Source of the DNA: an uncultured Rhodothermales bacterium
GTDB taxonomy: Bacteria; Bacteroidota; Rhodothermia; Rhodothermales; UBA10348
Direction of reading: 5' to 3'
Assembly (NCBI GenBank): GCA_964512485.1
Contig: CAZEHJ010000001.1
Location: 15,523-79,522, forward strand
Length of the DNA stretch: 64,000 nt
A program made the translations under genes and the position numbers. How positions within the stretch are numbered: position 1 is the first letter of the stretch; the number at the start of each line of letters is the position of its first letter. The notes beneath the pieces were generated by a model that saw nothing but the letters and a program-made list of their open reading frames with translations, ran no database searches and was not told where the DNA came from. Shown here in pieces: positions 30,456 through 40,083 of this stretch.

Positions 30456-31751
30456 CTAATTATTGCGCTTGACGACCAAGATAGTAATGTCGTCGTTCTG
30501 AGGAGCAGAGCCAGCGTGTTTTTTCACCGCATCATGGACGCGATCAACGTATTCCTGAGCGGGCACATCGCCGATTTCCTTCAGAATGGATTCAAGTTCG
30601 TCTTCGCCGAACTGATCGTGAGCCTCGTTCATAGCTTCTGTCACGCCATCAGAAAAAACAAAAAGCGTATCGCCAGGCTCGAAAGTGAACGCTTCCTCCC
30701 CGTAGGATTGCGTCCGGATGAAGCCCACTACCAACCCTCCCAGAGTCAGCATCTCCAACGTACCGTCAGCCCGCCGGACATAGGGGCGATTGTGGCCCGC
30801 ATTGGAATATTTGAAAACTCCGGAAACCACGTCCAGAACCCCATAGAACAGCGTCAGAAACGAACCACGACGGATGCTTTCCGAAAGCAGTTTGTTTGAA
30901 CGTTCGACAGTTTCGTGTACCGACAGACCGAAAGCTGATTGTCCCCTCAGCGTGGCCTGTGCATTTGACATCAGAAGCGCAGCCGGCATTCCTTTTCCGG
31001 AGACGTCACCGACGCAAAGCCCCCAGTGATAGTCGTCAATTTGGATGTAATCGAAATAGTCACCGCCAACACTTTGAGCGGGTATGGAGATACCCGCCAG
31101 ATCGTAGCCGCTGATCTCCGGGGCATCCGAAGGTAGCAGATTTGTCTGGATCTCATAAGCCAGATTCATTTCCTGCTGAACGGTCGCAAATTTCTTTTCT
31201 TCCTCGTAAAGGCGAGCGGTCTCGATGACCTGCGCAGATTGTCCGGCGAGGATGGAGAGGAGGCGTTGATCTTCTGTCGAAAATTCGCCGCCCCGCTTTT
31301 TGTTGAACAGCGTCAGGATACCGATGAGTTTGGAATGCACTTGAAGCGGAACCGACACGAGAGAGCGAATATTGTCATTCCAGTTTACTCCCTGAAATCG
31401 ATCGTCGTTTCGGGGATCGTTTACGACAAGCGGCTTTCGATTGATATACATCCAGCCCAGAAGGTTCTGATCCGGCGAATAGGCTTCGCGGTCTCCAGAA
31501 CTCGCCATCGTCCGAACAAGCGTCTTGGTTGGATCTGAAACATCTTCTCCCACAAGGGTGATCACTCCCTGTTCTGCCTTAATGGCTTTGATCGAACGTC
31601 GGATAATGGTCTTGATCACTTCCTCGGTTCCGCGCGAGGAACTGATTGCAATCGAAAGTTCGTTGAGCACGGACAATTCGTCAACTGCTCTACGCAATTG
31701 CGAATTCTCCCTTTCAAGGGCTTCAAGCCTTACTTGAGATTGATCGGACAT
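30456..31751 (-). CDS. GAF-domain PP2C (SpoIIE/RsbU-type) protein phosphatase
   Basis: 431 aa with an N-terminal coiled coil and GAF domain. C-terminal PP2C motifs GGDYFD, GDVSGKG, FSDGVTEA and DDITILVV. Confidence 0.85.
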   Translation of the reverse strand: MSDQSQVRLEALERENSQLRRAVDELSVLNELSIAISSSRGTEEVIKTIIRRSIKAIKAEQGVITLVGEDVSDPTKTLVRTMASSGDREAYSPDQNLLGWMYINRKPLVVNDPRNDDRFQGVNWNDNIRSLVSVPLQVHSKLIGILTLFNKKRGGEFSTEDQRLLSILAGQSAQVIETARLYEEEKKFATVQQEMNLAYEIQTNLLPSDAPEISGYDLAGISIPAQSVGGDYFDYIQIDDYHWGLCVGDVSGKGMPAALLMSNAQATLRGQSAFGLSVHETVERSNKLLSESIRRGSFLTLFYGVLDVVSGVFKYSNAGHNRPYVRRADGTLEMLTLGGLVVGFIRTQSYGEEAFTFEPGDTLFVFSDGVTEAMNEAHDQFGEDELESILKEIGDVPAQEYVDRVHDAVKKHAGSAPQNDDITILVVKRNN

Positions 31752-31906
31752 GTGGGTGGGGGGTTCGGCTGGCCGAATTTATGATGATTGGTTCCTTTTA
31801 ACAAAGTCACGGAAAGATTAGTGCAAAGTTGCACTTTCCGGATCAGTCCGATTCGATGCGCGTTTCGTCGGTTCGTCCGATAGCCCACCGCGACCTGCCC
31901 TGAACC

Positions 31907-33703
31907 ATGCGCTCTCTGAGGAGACTGAATATTTATTACTGGCGGTACAAGCATCTCTTTGTACCGGGATTGTTTTGCGCGGTCGCTTCTTCAGCTTTCG
32001 CGATCGTAGTCCCCATGGTCGTGCGGCAGGCGATCGACAGTATTCCTCGGTTTGTGGGTACCTATCGCGCATTTCAGGGGACACCCCTGGAATCAGTCTT
32101 GTATGCCGATTTCTTTGCTTCATTGGCGTTATTTGGTGCAATTATTATCGGTTTGAGCATAGGAAGCGGACTTTTTTCCTTTCTGATGCGACAGACCGTG
32201 GTCGTTGCCTCGCGCCATATCGAGTTTGATCTGCGTAACCGGCTGTATGATCAAATGCAGTCACTGTCGCATGATTTCTACCTGCAGCACGCGACAGGGG
32301 ATTTGATAACGCGATCGACGAGCGACATTGAGCAGGTTCGGCGCTATATCGGTCCCGCCATCATGTACACGACCCGAGCTCTCGTGACGATTGTCACCGC
32401 TCTCACGGTCATGTTTATTATCTCGCCCAAATTGACGTGGTACACACTGATCCCGATGCCTTTCCTTGGTGTATCGGTTTTTCTCGTAGCAAGGATGGTG
32501 CACTCTCGTAGTGACGAGTTGCAGCGGCAATACTCCCGACTCACGTCCCGTGTTCAGGAAGCACTCTCCGGAATCCGAGTCCTGAAAGCATACGCGCGCG
32601 AAGAAAGTGAAGCCGAGGCTTTTGATCGCGAAAGTTCCGACTACCGGATGCGCAGTCTCAGTCTTGCGATGGTCGAGGCTGCCTGGCGTCCTGTGTTCGT
32701 TACCCTGGTTGGGGCATCCACACTGATTGTGGTTTGGGTTGGTGGCACGCTTTCCATGACAGGAGAGATCACGATTGGCAACATCGCTGAATACATCATA
32801 TATGTAGCTCTTATGACCTGGCCGGTGGCGTCCATGGGGTTTGTGATTACGATGGTGCAGCGAGCTGCGGCCTCCATGACGCGATTAAACGATATTCTGG
32901 ACGCCAAACCGAGTATCGTATCCACCAATGGCAGGGAAAATGGCTCGGTGAAAGGAAGCATCGCGTTTCAGAATGTCTCTTTCAGACACCCCAACAGCGG
33001 GGTTCTCGCGCTCGATGAAGTCAGTTTCGAGGTTGCTGCCGGCACGAGTCTGGCCATCGTGGGTCGCACCGGTTCTGGCAAAACGACTCTCGTCGAAATG
33101 ATACCACGACTTTTGGATGCAGAACGTGGTGTTGTTCAGATCGACGGAAAAGATGTTCGCGAGTTGCCGCTGGAAAGCGTGCGATCGAGTATCGGTTACG
33201 TACCTCAGGACGTGTTTCTATTCTCCGACACGGTAGCGAACAATATTTCATTTGGACAGATGAACGCCGAAATGGAAGATGTGGAGACGGCGGCGTCAGA
33301 GGCAGATCTGCTCGAGAATGTTCGTGACTTTAAGGAAGGCTTTGAGACTTTCGTGGGCGAAAGAGGAATCACCCTTTCAGGAGGACAGAAGCAGCGGACC
33401 TCGATTGCTCGCGCCCTGATTCGTGAACCGCAAATTCTGATTCTCGATGATGCTCTCTCCGCTGTGGACGTGAACACCGAACAGACCATTCTCGGTCATC
33501 TTAGAAAGCACTTCGGCAAGAGAACCATTGTGATCGTCAGTCACCGTGTTTCGGCAGTCCAGAATGCGGATCAAATCATCGTACTGGATGAAGGCCGTGT
33601 AGTTGAACGGGGTGATCATGCAGCTCTTCTTGAAGAAGAGGGCTTCTACGCGTCTCTTTATCACAAGCAGCAGTTGGAGCAAGAGTTGGAGGCACTGCTG
33701 TGA
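31907..33703 (+). CDS. ABC exporter, fused permease/ATPase (MdlA / type I exporter half-transporter)
   Basis: 598 aa with six N-terminal TM helices. Walker A GRTGSGKTT, signature LSGGQKQR, Walker B ILILDDALSAVD. Confidence 0.9.
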   Translation: MRSLRRLNIYYWRYKHLFVPGLFCAVASSAFAIVVPMVVRQAIDSIPRFVGTYRAFQGTPLESVLYADFFASLALFGAIIIGLSIGSGLFSFLMRQTVVVASRHIEFDLRNRLYDQMQSLSHDFYLQHATGDLITRSTSDIEQVRRYIGPAIMYTTRALVTIVTALTVMFIISPKLTWYTLIPMPFLGVSVFLVARMVHSRSDELQRQYSRLTSRVQEALSGIRVLKAYAREESEAEAFDRESSDYRMRSLSLAMVEAAWRPVFVTLVGASTLIVVWVGGTLSMTGEITIGNIAEYIIYVALMTWPVASMGFVITMVQRAAASMTRLNDILDAKPSIVSTNGRENGSVKGSIAFQNVSFRHPNSGVLALDEVSFEVAAGTSLAIVGRTGSGKTTLVEMIPRLLDAERGVVQIDGKDVRELPLESVRSSIGYVPQDVFLFSDTVANNISFGQMNAEMEDVETAASEADLLENVRDFKEGFETFVGERGITLSGGQKQRTSIARALIREPQILILDDALSAVDVNTEQTILGHLRKHFGKRTIVIVSHRVSAVQNADQIIVLDEGRVVERGDHAALLEEEGFYASLYHKQQLEQELEALL

Positions 33704-35493
33704 GCGAAGAGAGCAAACAGACGGGAATTGATTCACAGCTGCTACGGCGGATTATCTCCTACCTCGCACCATACAAATGGTTGGTGGCCATAGCGTTCGT
33801 TACCGTCATGACGGCAGCGTTTCTGGGTCCATTGATTCCGAAATTGGTGCAGGTCACGATTGACAGGGATATCGTTGGAGGGGATGCAGAGGGTCTCCGG
33901 CGCATGATCATGATCCTTTTTGCCATTCTGGCTGCCGAAGGATTGCTTTCATTTGTGAACGCGTACCTGACCCAGTGGATTGGTCAGCAGGCTATTTTTG
34001 ACCTTCGCCAGAAGGTCTATCGCCACGTGCAACGCCAATCTCTTCAATTCTTTGATACGACGCCCATTGGTAGACTCATCACTCGTGTCACGAGCGACGT
34101 GGAGTCCTTGAGCCAGGTACTGTCGGCGGGAGTCGTGACCATTATGGGTGATCTTTTCAAAATCATCTTTATATCCTGGTTCATGTTCACCCTCAACTGG
34201 CAGTTGGCATTGATCACGCTGTCAGTGATGCCACTGATGCTTTATGCATCGTTCTGGTTCAAGAAAAAAGTGCGGTTCGCGTATCGAGACACCCGGAAGC
34301 AGGTCGCCCGTCTGAATTCGTTCCTCCAGGAGCACGTGACCGGAATGAGAATTGTGCAGCTTTTCGGACGGGAAGAAGAAGAAATGAGCCGTTTCGAAGG
34401 CATCAATGACGATCACAGGCAGGCGCATATAGACACGATATTTTATTTCGCTCTGTTCTTTCCCGCTGTGGACATCGTCGCGACCACTGCTCTGGGACTC
34501 ATAATCTGGTACGGAGGTCTATCCTCCATGCAGGGAGGCCTTACTCTGGGGGTCCTTATCGCGTTCATTCAATATGCAAGACGATTCTTCGAACCTATTC
34601 GCAATCTTTCGGACCAGTTCAATACGCTTCAAAGCGCAATGGCGGGTGCTGAGAGGATTTTTGGTCTTCTCGATTCGGATCTGTCCATTCCGGAATCAGA
34701 TGAGCCCGACCGCTGGGAGGAAGTGCGTGGCAAAATCGAATTCAGGAATGTCTGGTTCTCTTATGACCGAGATTTGAATGAGGAAGACGAAGACTCGAAC
34801 TGGATTCTGAGAGATGTGAGTTTTGTGGTCGAGCCGGGCCAGTCGCTCGCTATCGTGGGCGCAACCGGCGCTGGGAAAACAACCATCATAAGTCTACTTC
34901 TGCGATTCTACGAAATCCAGAAAGGCCAGATCTTCGTCGATGGTCTGGAGATCAGCAACCTGCGCCTCAATGAATTGCGCGCGCACATTGGCCTCGTTCT
35001 GCAGGATGTGTTCCTTTTCTCGGGTTCCGTAAGAGAAAATGTTACCCTCAGAAATGAATCCCTGAATGATGATGACATCCGTCGGGCCGCTGACGCGATA
35101 GGAGCATCTTCTTTCATCGATCGCTTACCGTCGGTCTATGACCAGGAGGTGAAGGAGAGGGGCATGTCACTCTCGCACGGCCAGCGTCAGTTGTTGTCGT
35201 TCGTCCGGGCGCTCGTCTACGACCCGAGAATACTGGTGTTGGACGAGGCGACATCGAGCGTGGACACGGAAACGGAAGAGATTATTCAACACGCTCTGGA
35301 GACGTTGATGGAAGGCCGTACGAGTATCGCCATCGCGCATCGTCTTTCCACTATTCAGCACGCCGACCAGATTCTGGTGATGCACCGTGGTCAGGTACGC
35401 GAAAGGGGAACGCATCAGGAGTTGATAAAAACTGAAGGCCTCTACCGGACACTGTACGAACTCCAGTATCGGGAGCAGGAAGTAGCGGCATAA
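33700..35493 (+). CDS. ABC exporter, fused permease/ATPase (MdlB-like partner)
   Basis: 597 aa. GTGA start/stop overlap with the upstream half-transporter. GATGAGKTT, LSHGQRQL, ILVLDEATSSVD. Confidence 0.9.
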   Translation: MSEESKQTGIDSQLLRRIISYLAPYKWLVAIAFVTVMTAAFLGPLIPKLVQVTIDRDIVGGDAEGLRRMIMILFAILAAEGLLSFVNAYLTQWIGQQAIFDLRQKVYRHVQRQSLQFFDTTPIGRLITRVTSDVESLSQVLSAGVVTIMGDLFKIIFISWFMFTLNWQLALITLSVMPLMLYASFWFKKKVRFAYRDTRKQVARLNSFLQEHVTGMRIVQLFGREEEEMSRFEGINDDHRQAHIDTIFYFALFFPAVDIVATTALGLIIWYGGLSSMQGGLTLGVLIAFIQYARRFFEPIRNLSDQFNTLQSAMAGAERIFGLLDSDLSIPESDEPDRWEEVRGKIEFRNVWFSYDRDLNEEDEDSNWILRDVSFVVEPGQSLAIVGATGAGKTTIISLLLRFYEIQKGQIFVDGLEISNLRLNELRAHIGLVLQDVFLFSGSVRENVTLRNESLNDDDIRRAADAIGASSFIDRLPSVYDQEVKERGMSLSHGQRQLLSFVRALVYDPRILVLDEATSSVDTETEEIIQHALETLMEGRTSIAIAHRLSTIQHADQILVMHRGQVRERGTHQELIKTEGLYRTLYELQYREQEVAA

Positions 35494-35537
35494 ATAAAAA
35501 ATAATTGGGTACGAGTGTAACTTTAATTCTCTTTATC

Positions 35538-35554
35538 GTATATTTGCGATATAC
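35538..35554. promoter_or_regulatory. Candidate ArsR operator (inverted repeat)
   Basis: GTATAT-TTGCG-ATATAC is a perfect 6-bp inverted repeat, about 34 bp upstream of the arsR ATG in an AT-rich promoter region. Confidence 0.4.
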
Positions 35555-35587
35555 AATGAAACAACACACTCAATCACGCTGATTTTC

Positions 35588-35917
35588 ATGGCTAAAGCCC
35601 GAAAAGATCTGTTCAGCGCAGAACAACAAGAACTCGCCAGCATCGCAAAGGCACTTTCGCATCCCGCGAGGATCGCCATTCTTGAGCAGATAGCCGCTCG
35701 CAATATGTGTATATGCGGTGACCTTGTTGACGCTGTTCCACTGTCTCAGTCTACAGTCTCGCAGCACCTCAAGGTGCTTCGGGAAGCCGGACTGATCACA
35801 GGAGAGATCGAAGGGCCGAAATCCTGCTATTGTGTAGACTGGGCCAAACTCAAAGAGGCTCAGACTGCAATCATGGGATGGTTTTCAAAGGCCGAAGAAA
35901 TGAATGCGTGTTGCTGA
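35588..35917 (+). CDS. arsR: ArsR/SmtB-family metalloregulator
   Basis: 109 aa. HPARIAILEQIA..NMCICGDLVDAVPLSQSTVSQHLKVLREAGLI (CxC in helix 3 plus the wHTH). The C-terminus ends ...NACC. Confidence 0.85.
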   Translation: MAKARKDLFSAEQQELASIAKALSHPARIAILEQIAARNMCICGDLVDAVPLSQSTVSQHLKVLREAGLITGEIEGPKSCYCVDWAKLKEAQTAIMGWFSKAEEMNACC

Positions 35918-35931
35918 AAAGGGAGGGTATT

Positions 35932-36885
35932 ATGACTATTGAAGTCCAAATCGAAAAATGCTGCGACGAAGTAACCGTTCAGAATGCAGAGGAGCAGGGG
36001 TGTTGCACCCCTACTGTAGACAAATCCGTAGGTGAGGACTGCTGCCAGGAGTCCTCATCCGGGGAAAGTGCCGATCCGTGCTGCGGGCCAGCGACGCAGG
36101 AAAAGCTAGATTCGACACCTGAAGGTGTCAAAGCACAGGTTCGCGACAAGTATGCATCAATTGCGGTCTCGGGATCTGGGTGTGGCTGCTCCGATGACAG
36201 CATCCTGATCGGTGACAACTATTCAGTCAAGGATGGATACGAAGTCGACGCAGATCTGCAGCTCGGTTGCGGCATTCCTACGGATCTCGCAGACATCCGG
36301 GAGGGCCATGACGTGCTGGATCTTGGATCGGGTGCGGGAATCGATGCTTTCATTTCGCGCCGTCAAGTCGGCCCACGAGGAAGCGTTACCGGAGTAGATT
36401 TCACCGCGGAGATGATTTCTCTCGCGCGAGAGAATGCGGAGAAGTTGGGCTACGAAAACGTGTCCTTCATACAGGGAGATATCGAATCACTTCCGCTTCA
36501 GGATTCTACATTCGACCGGGTTATCTCAAACTGTGTGATAAACCTCGTCCCGGACAAAAAGAGCGTCTATTCGGAGATTTACAGAGTTCTGAGACCACAA
36601 GGATCGTTTGCCATTTCGGACATCGTCATTGATGGCGTCCTTCCTGATTCAGTGCGTCATTCCGCGGAAATGTATGCGGGATGCGTCTCGGGTGCGACCA
36701 GCCGGGAAGATTACCTGCAAACCGTCATTGACGCCGGGTTTGAAGATGTAACGGTGGTCAAAGATCGGGTGATCAACCTCCCGGACAGTGATCTCCTCCA
36801 GATTGCATCTCAGGAAGAGATTGACCTTTTCAGGAATAGCGGTGCCTCGATCAGAAGCATTACAGTTTCCGGATTGAAGGCTTAA
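35932..36885 (+). CDS. arsM: Arsenite S-adenosylmethionine methyltransferase with Cys-pair-rich N-terminal extension
   Basis: Start at MTIEVQ, preceded by GGGAGGG. ArsM motifs GCGC, LGCGIP, VLDLGSGAGID, ISNCVINLVPDK and YAGCVSGA. N-terminal CC pairs at aa 10-11, 24-25, 37-38 and 50-51. Confidence 0.85.
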   Translation: MTIEVQIEKCCDEVTVQNAEEQGCCTPTVDKSVGEDCCQESSSGESADPCCGPATQEKLDSTPEGVKAQVRDKYASIAVSGSGCGCSDDSILIGDNYSVKDGYEVDADLQLGCGIPTDLADIREGHDVLDLGSGAGIDAFISRRQVGPRGSVTGVDFTAEMISLARENAEKLGYENVSFIQGDIESLPLQDSTFDRVISNCVINLVPDKKSVYSEIYRVLRPQGSFAISDIVIDGVLPDSVRHSAEMYAGCVSGATSREDYLQTVIDAGFEDVTVVKDRVINLPDSDLLQIASQEEIDLFRNSGASIRSITVSGLKA

Positions 36886-37682
36886 TAGAGCCACATGTCA
36901 AATGTGCGGCGATAGGCCAGTGTGACAGGGTGTAGGGGACCGAGCAGAGTGAATACGGCTACACCCAGTCGCCGGGCCGCGTCGTCATACAGGTATCTGT
37001 TGTTTTTCAATACCTCGATTAACAACTCGATAGCCTTCGAAGTCTCAGAAGACCTCAGTGAGGATACCGCCTGCCAGTACTGTGCGCTGCCCGGCTCGCC
37101 ACTCGCCGTCGGAACTGCCTCCATTAAGGTGACCAGCTCAATAACTGCATCTGCAATCTGAGAGATCCTGGGCTCTCCGGTACGCGCCGCTTCAGCAAGA
37201 CTTCTTGCCACGTCAGGCTGGTTGAAGACAATCAACGCAGCCATCAATCCCGATGCTGCGGGATTGGTCGGCTCGGTCGCAAGAATGTCTTTGAGAATGT
37301 CTTTGGCGCCTTCATGCTCTCCGTTGTCGATGAGATCCTGTGCCAAACTCAACCGGGATCGGGATTCGCTTGGCAGAGCTTTTTCGAGCCACTGACGGAT
37401 CGCTGCCTCGGGGAGGGCGCCCGTAAACTCATCGACGACCTCTCCTCCTGAGAACATCTTGACAGCAGGAATTCCCCTTATCCCGAACCTCGCGGAAATG
37501 TCCTGGTGTTCGTCCGAATTCACTTTTACCAGTGTCCACTTGTCAGCCTGTTCGGCAGCCAGCTTCTCTATTGTAGGTCCGAGCACACGGCATGGGCCGC
37601 ACCATGGCGCCCAAAAATCGACCACTACCGGTTTTTCGGTACTGGCTTTGATGACATCTTCTTCAAAGTTTTGAACGTCCAT
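36882..37682 (-). CDS. Thioredoxin-domain protein with TPR-like C-terminal domain (YbbN/CnoX-like)
   Basis: 266 aa. VVDFWAPWCGPCRVLGP thioredoxin active site followed by a helical repeat tail. 4-nt convergent overlap with arsM. Confidence 0.8.
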   Translation of the reverse strand: MDVQNFEEDVIKASTEKPVVVDFWAPWCGPCRVLGPTIEKLAAEQADKWTLVKVNSDEHQDISARFGIRGIPAVKMFSGGEVVDEFTGALPEAAIRQWLEKALPSESRSRLSLAQDLIDNGEHEGAKDILKDILATEPTNPAASGLMAALIVFNQPDVARSLAEAARTGEPRISQIADAVIELVTLMEAVPTASGEPGSAQYWQAVSSLRSSETSKAIELLIEVLKNNRYLYDDAARRLGVAVFTLLGPLHPVTLAYRRTFDMWLY

Positions 37683-37789
37683 TCCTTACTTGTGCGTAGT
37701 TTTGTTCAGATAACCTCAACAATTCTATACAATGCTATACCAACCAGTAGTTTTTCTGGCTGGTTCAGCCCCCACCCGGTACATCTGAT

Positions 37790-38920
37790 ATGAGAACTCA
37801 TTTCCGAAATGTTGGATTCGCTAGCGTGTTCGTTTTTACAGTTCTTCTTGCCGGAGCATGTCAAGCTCCTGAGACGACAGAAAATATGCCTGAATATGAT
37901 GCCAGCGCAGACATTCTTCGCTTTGAAGGCGAAACACATCTGAGAAATATCAAGCAGATGACATTTGGCGGAAACAACGCCGAAGCTTACTGGAGTTTCG
38001 ACGATTCCCAGATCATTTTCCAGAGCGACTGGAGCAAGATCAACGATCAGGGGTGTGATCAGATCTACGTAATGGATCCTTCAGCAGCCGGTGGCGACTC
38101 GGCGGACGACTACAAATTGGTTTCGACCGGGATGGGTCGCACTACCTGTAGCTATTTCCTGCCCGATGGTCGAATTATATTTGGTTCAACACACAGTGCG
38201 GCGAAAGAATGTCCGCCGACCGCCATGTTTGAACAGGGGCGCTACGTGTGGCCGATCTACGATACATATGATATTTACATCGCTGACGGCGATGGATCCA
38301 ACATCGAGCTTCTTATCGGTGGGGAAGGCTACGACGCCGAAGCAACCGTCTCACCTGACGGAAAATACATCATCTTCACGTCTACACGTTCCGGCGATCT
38401 GGAGCTATTCCGATATGAAATTGAGACCGGCGACATCCTTCAGCTGACCGATACGCTCGGCTACGATGGTGGAGCCTTCTTTTCCCGCGATTCCCAGCAG
38501 ATTGTTTGGAGGGCATCACGACCTCAAGGGGAAGACGCCGAAGTGTACCGTGGACTTCTGGCGGATGGGTTTGTCGAGCCTGCAGCTTTGAATCTCTTCG
38601 TGGCCGATATCGACGGCAGCAACGTGCGGCAGATCACCGATCTTCCCGGTGCCAACTGGGCCCCGTTTTTCCACCCGTCTGGTGAAAAAATCCTGTTCAC
38701 AACAAATCATCATTCGATGGAAGAAGGCGGACGTCTCTTTGACGTATTCATGATCAACGTTGATGGAACTGGTCTGGAACAGGTAACACATTCGGGCACG
38801 TTTGATGCGTTCCCGATGTTCTCGTTCGACGGAACGAAAGTGGCCTTCGCCAGCAATCGCAATGTCGAAGGTATAGAATCACGCGACACCAATGTCTTCG
38901 TCGCGGACTGGATCGACTAG
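37790..38920 (+). CDS. PD40/TolB-like beta-propeller lipoprotein
   Basis: 376 aa. Lipobox LLAGAC. Repeated ...SPDGKYIIFTS.R.G...L / FFHPSGEKILFTTN / FSFDGTKVAFASNR WD40-like PD40 repeats. Confidence 0.7.
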   Translation: MRTHFRNVGFASVFVFTVLLAGACQAPETTENMPEYDASADILRFEGETHLRNIKQMTFGGNNAEAYWSFDDSQIIFQSDWSKINDQGCDQIYVMDPSAAGGDSADDYKLVSTGMGRTTCSYFLPDGRIIFGSTHSAAKECPPTAMFEQGRYVWPIYDTYDIYIADGDGSNIELLIGGEGYDAEATVSPDGKYIIFTSTRSGDLELFRYEIETGDILQLTDTLGYDGGAFFSRDSQQIVWRASRPQGEDAEVYRGLLADGFVEPAALNLFVADIDGSNVRQITDLPGANWAPFFHPSGEKILFTTNHHSMEEGGRLFDVFMINVDGTGLEQVTHSGTFDAFPMFSFDGTKVAFASNRNVEGIESRDTNVFVADWID

Positions 38921-38947
38921 ATCAGTCGGAAATAGAAGTTTTTGAGA

Positions 38948-38976
38948 GAAGGTCCGGGCTTTTAGCCCGGACCTTC
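38948..38976 (+). terminator. Terminator-like hairpin after the PD40 gene
   Basis: gaaggtccgggc-tttta-gcccggaccttc is a perfect 12-bp stem. There is no clear T-run. Confidence 0.5.
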
Positions 38977-39013
38977 CGCGTTCCAGACGTTGTCATCGTG
39001 ACGATTTCATATT

Positions 39014-39029
39014 TTTAGCCTAGGCTAAA
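39014..39029. promoter_or_regulatory. Perfect 16-bp palindrome, candidate metalloregulator (DtxR/MntR-type) operator
   Basis: TTTAGCCTAGGCTAAA lies about 100 bp upstream of the metal-ABC operon start. The half-site TTAGCCTA also occurs in the DtxR/IdeR consensus. Confidence 0.5.
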
Positions 39030-39131
39030 TTGTGAAGAAAATTGTATCTTTACCTCATACAGGGGGAAAACATCCAAAAAGAGCGATTCCGAAGGGGTGT
39101 CCTGAATTTGAAACCATTTCGTCCAGAAAAT

Positions 39132-40079
39132 ATGCGTCAGTGTTTACTTCCAGCCCTGATCCTGATTCTCCTTACGGGCTGTGCCCCATCATCGGAATCA
39201 GAGGCTCCAAAGGATGTCAGTAAGGAGAATCCTTTCGAGGTCGTTGCGACCACGAGCATGATTGCCGATCTGGTGCGCGTTGTAGGAGGTGAATATGTAG
39301 ATGTAGAAGGGTTGATGGGCCCCGGAGTCGATCCCCATCTGTACAAAGCGTCGGAAGGCGACGTTTCGGCAATGACCGAAGCCGATCTTGTTTTCTACAA
39401 TGGCTTGCACCTCGAAGGGAAGATGGTTGAAATATTCGAGCAGATGTCTCATCTGGGTCGCGAAGTTCATGCCGTCACAGAAGGACTGGCGGAAGATCAA
39501 CTGCTGGAATCGGCCTACTTCGCCGGCAATTATGATCCGCATATCTGGTTTGATGTTGATCTGTGGATTCGTGCCACTCAACGGATTTCGGATGTGCTTT
39601 CCGGCCAGGACCCTGCACATGCCAGCGAGTATGACGCCAGACGAATCGCCTACATAGAAGAATTGAAAGCCCTGGATGAATGGGTTGCCTCGGAAGTAGA
39701 TCGAATTCCGACCAACATGAAAGTACTCGTCACCTCACATGATGCATTTGGATACTTTGGCCGTGGATATGGATTGGATGTCAAAGGGCTGCAGGGCCTA
39801 AGCACCGCGACCGAGGCGGGGACGGCAGACGTTCAGGAGATGGCCCGCTTTGTCGCTGAAAACAGGATCCCTTCAATGTTCGTGGAATCGTCTATTTCCC
39901 CTCGCGGAATTGAAGCCGTGCGCGAAGCAGTGCGCGCAAGAGGATTTGAAGTACAGATCGGGGGCACGTTGTATGGCGATGCGCTTGGCTCGCCGGGATC
40001 CGGTGCAGATACGTACATGGGAATGGTCCGGGCCAATGTGGCCACTATCGTAAATGGACTCGCGTCCCAATCTGAATAA
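39132..40079 (+). CDS. Metal (Mn/Fe/Zn) ABC transporter substrate-binding lipoprotein (TroA/MntC/ZnuA cluster-9 family)
   Basis: Start moved to MRQCLLPALILILLTGC (lipobox). VVATTSMIADLVRVVGG..., GVDPHLY and YDPHIW metal-ligand contexts. No His-rich loop. Confidence 0.85.
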   Translation: MRQCLLPALILILLTGCAPSSESEAPKDVSKENPFEVVATTSMIADLVRVVGGEYVDVEGLMGPGVDPHLYKASEGDVSAMTEADLVFYNGLHLEGKMVEIFEQMSHLGREVHAVTEGLAEDQLLESAYFAGNYDPHIWFDVDLWIRATQRISDVLSGQDPAHASEYDARRIAYIEELKALDEWVASEVDRIPTNMKVLVTSHDAFGYFGRGYGLDVKGLQGLSTATEAGTADVQEMARFVAENRIPSMFVESSISPRGIEAVREAVRARGFEVQIGGTLYGDALGSPGSGADTYMGMVRANVATIVNGLASQSE

Positions 40080-40083
40080 GAGA

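Noticed and set aside
35830-35931. Upstream extension of the arsM ORF overlapping arsR
   Set aside because: The extension would overlap arsR by 88 nt in another frame and adds non-ArsM sequence. The ATG at 35932 has a GGGAGGG ribosome-binding site and starts right after the arsR stop.
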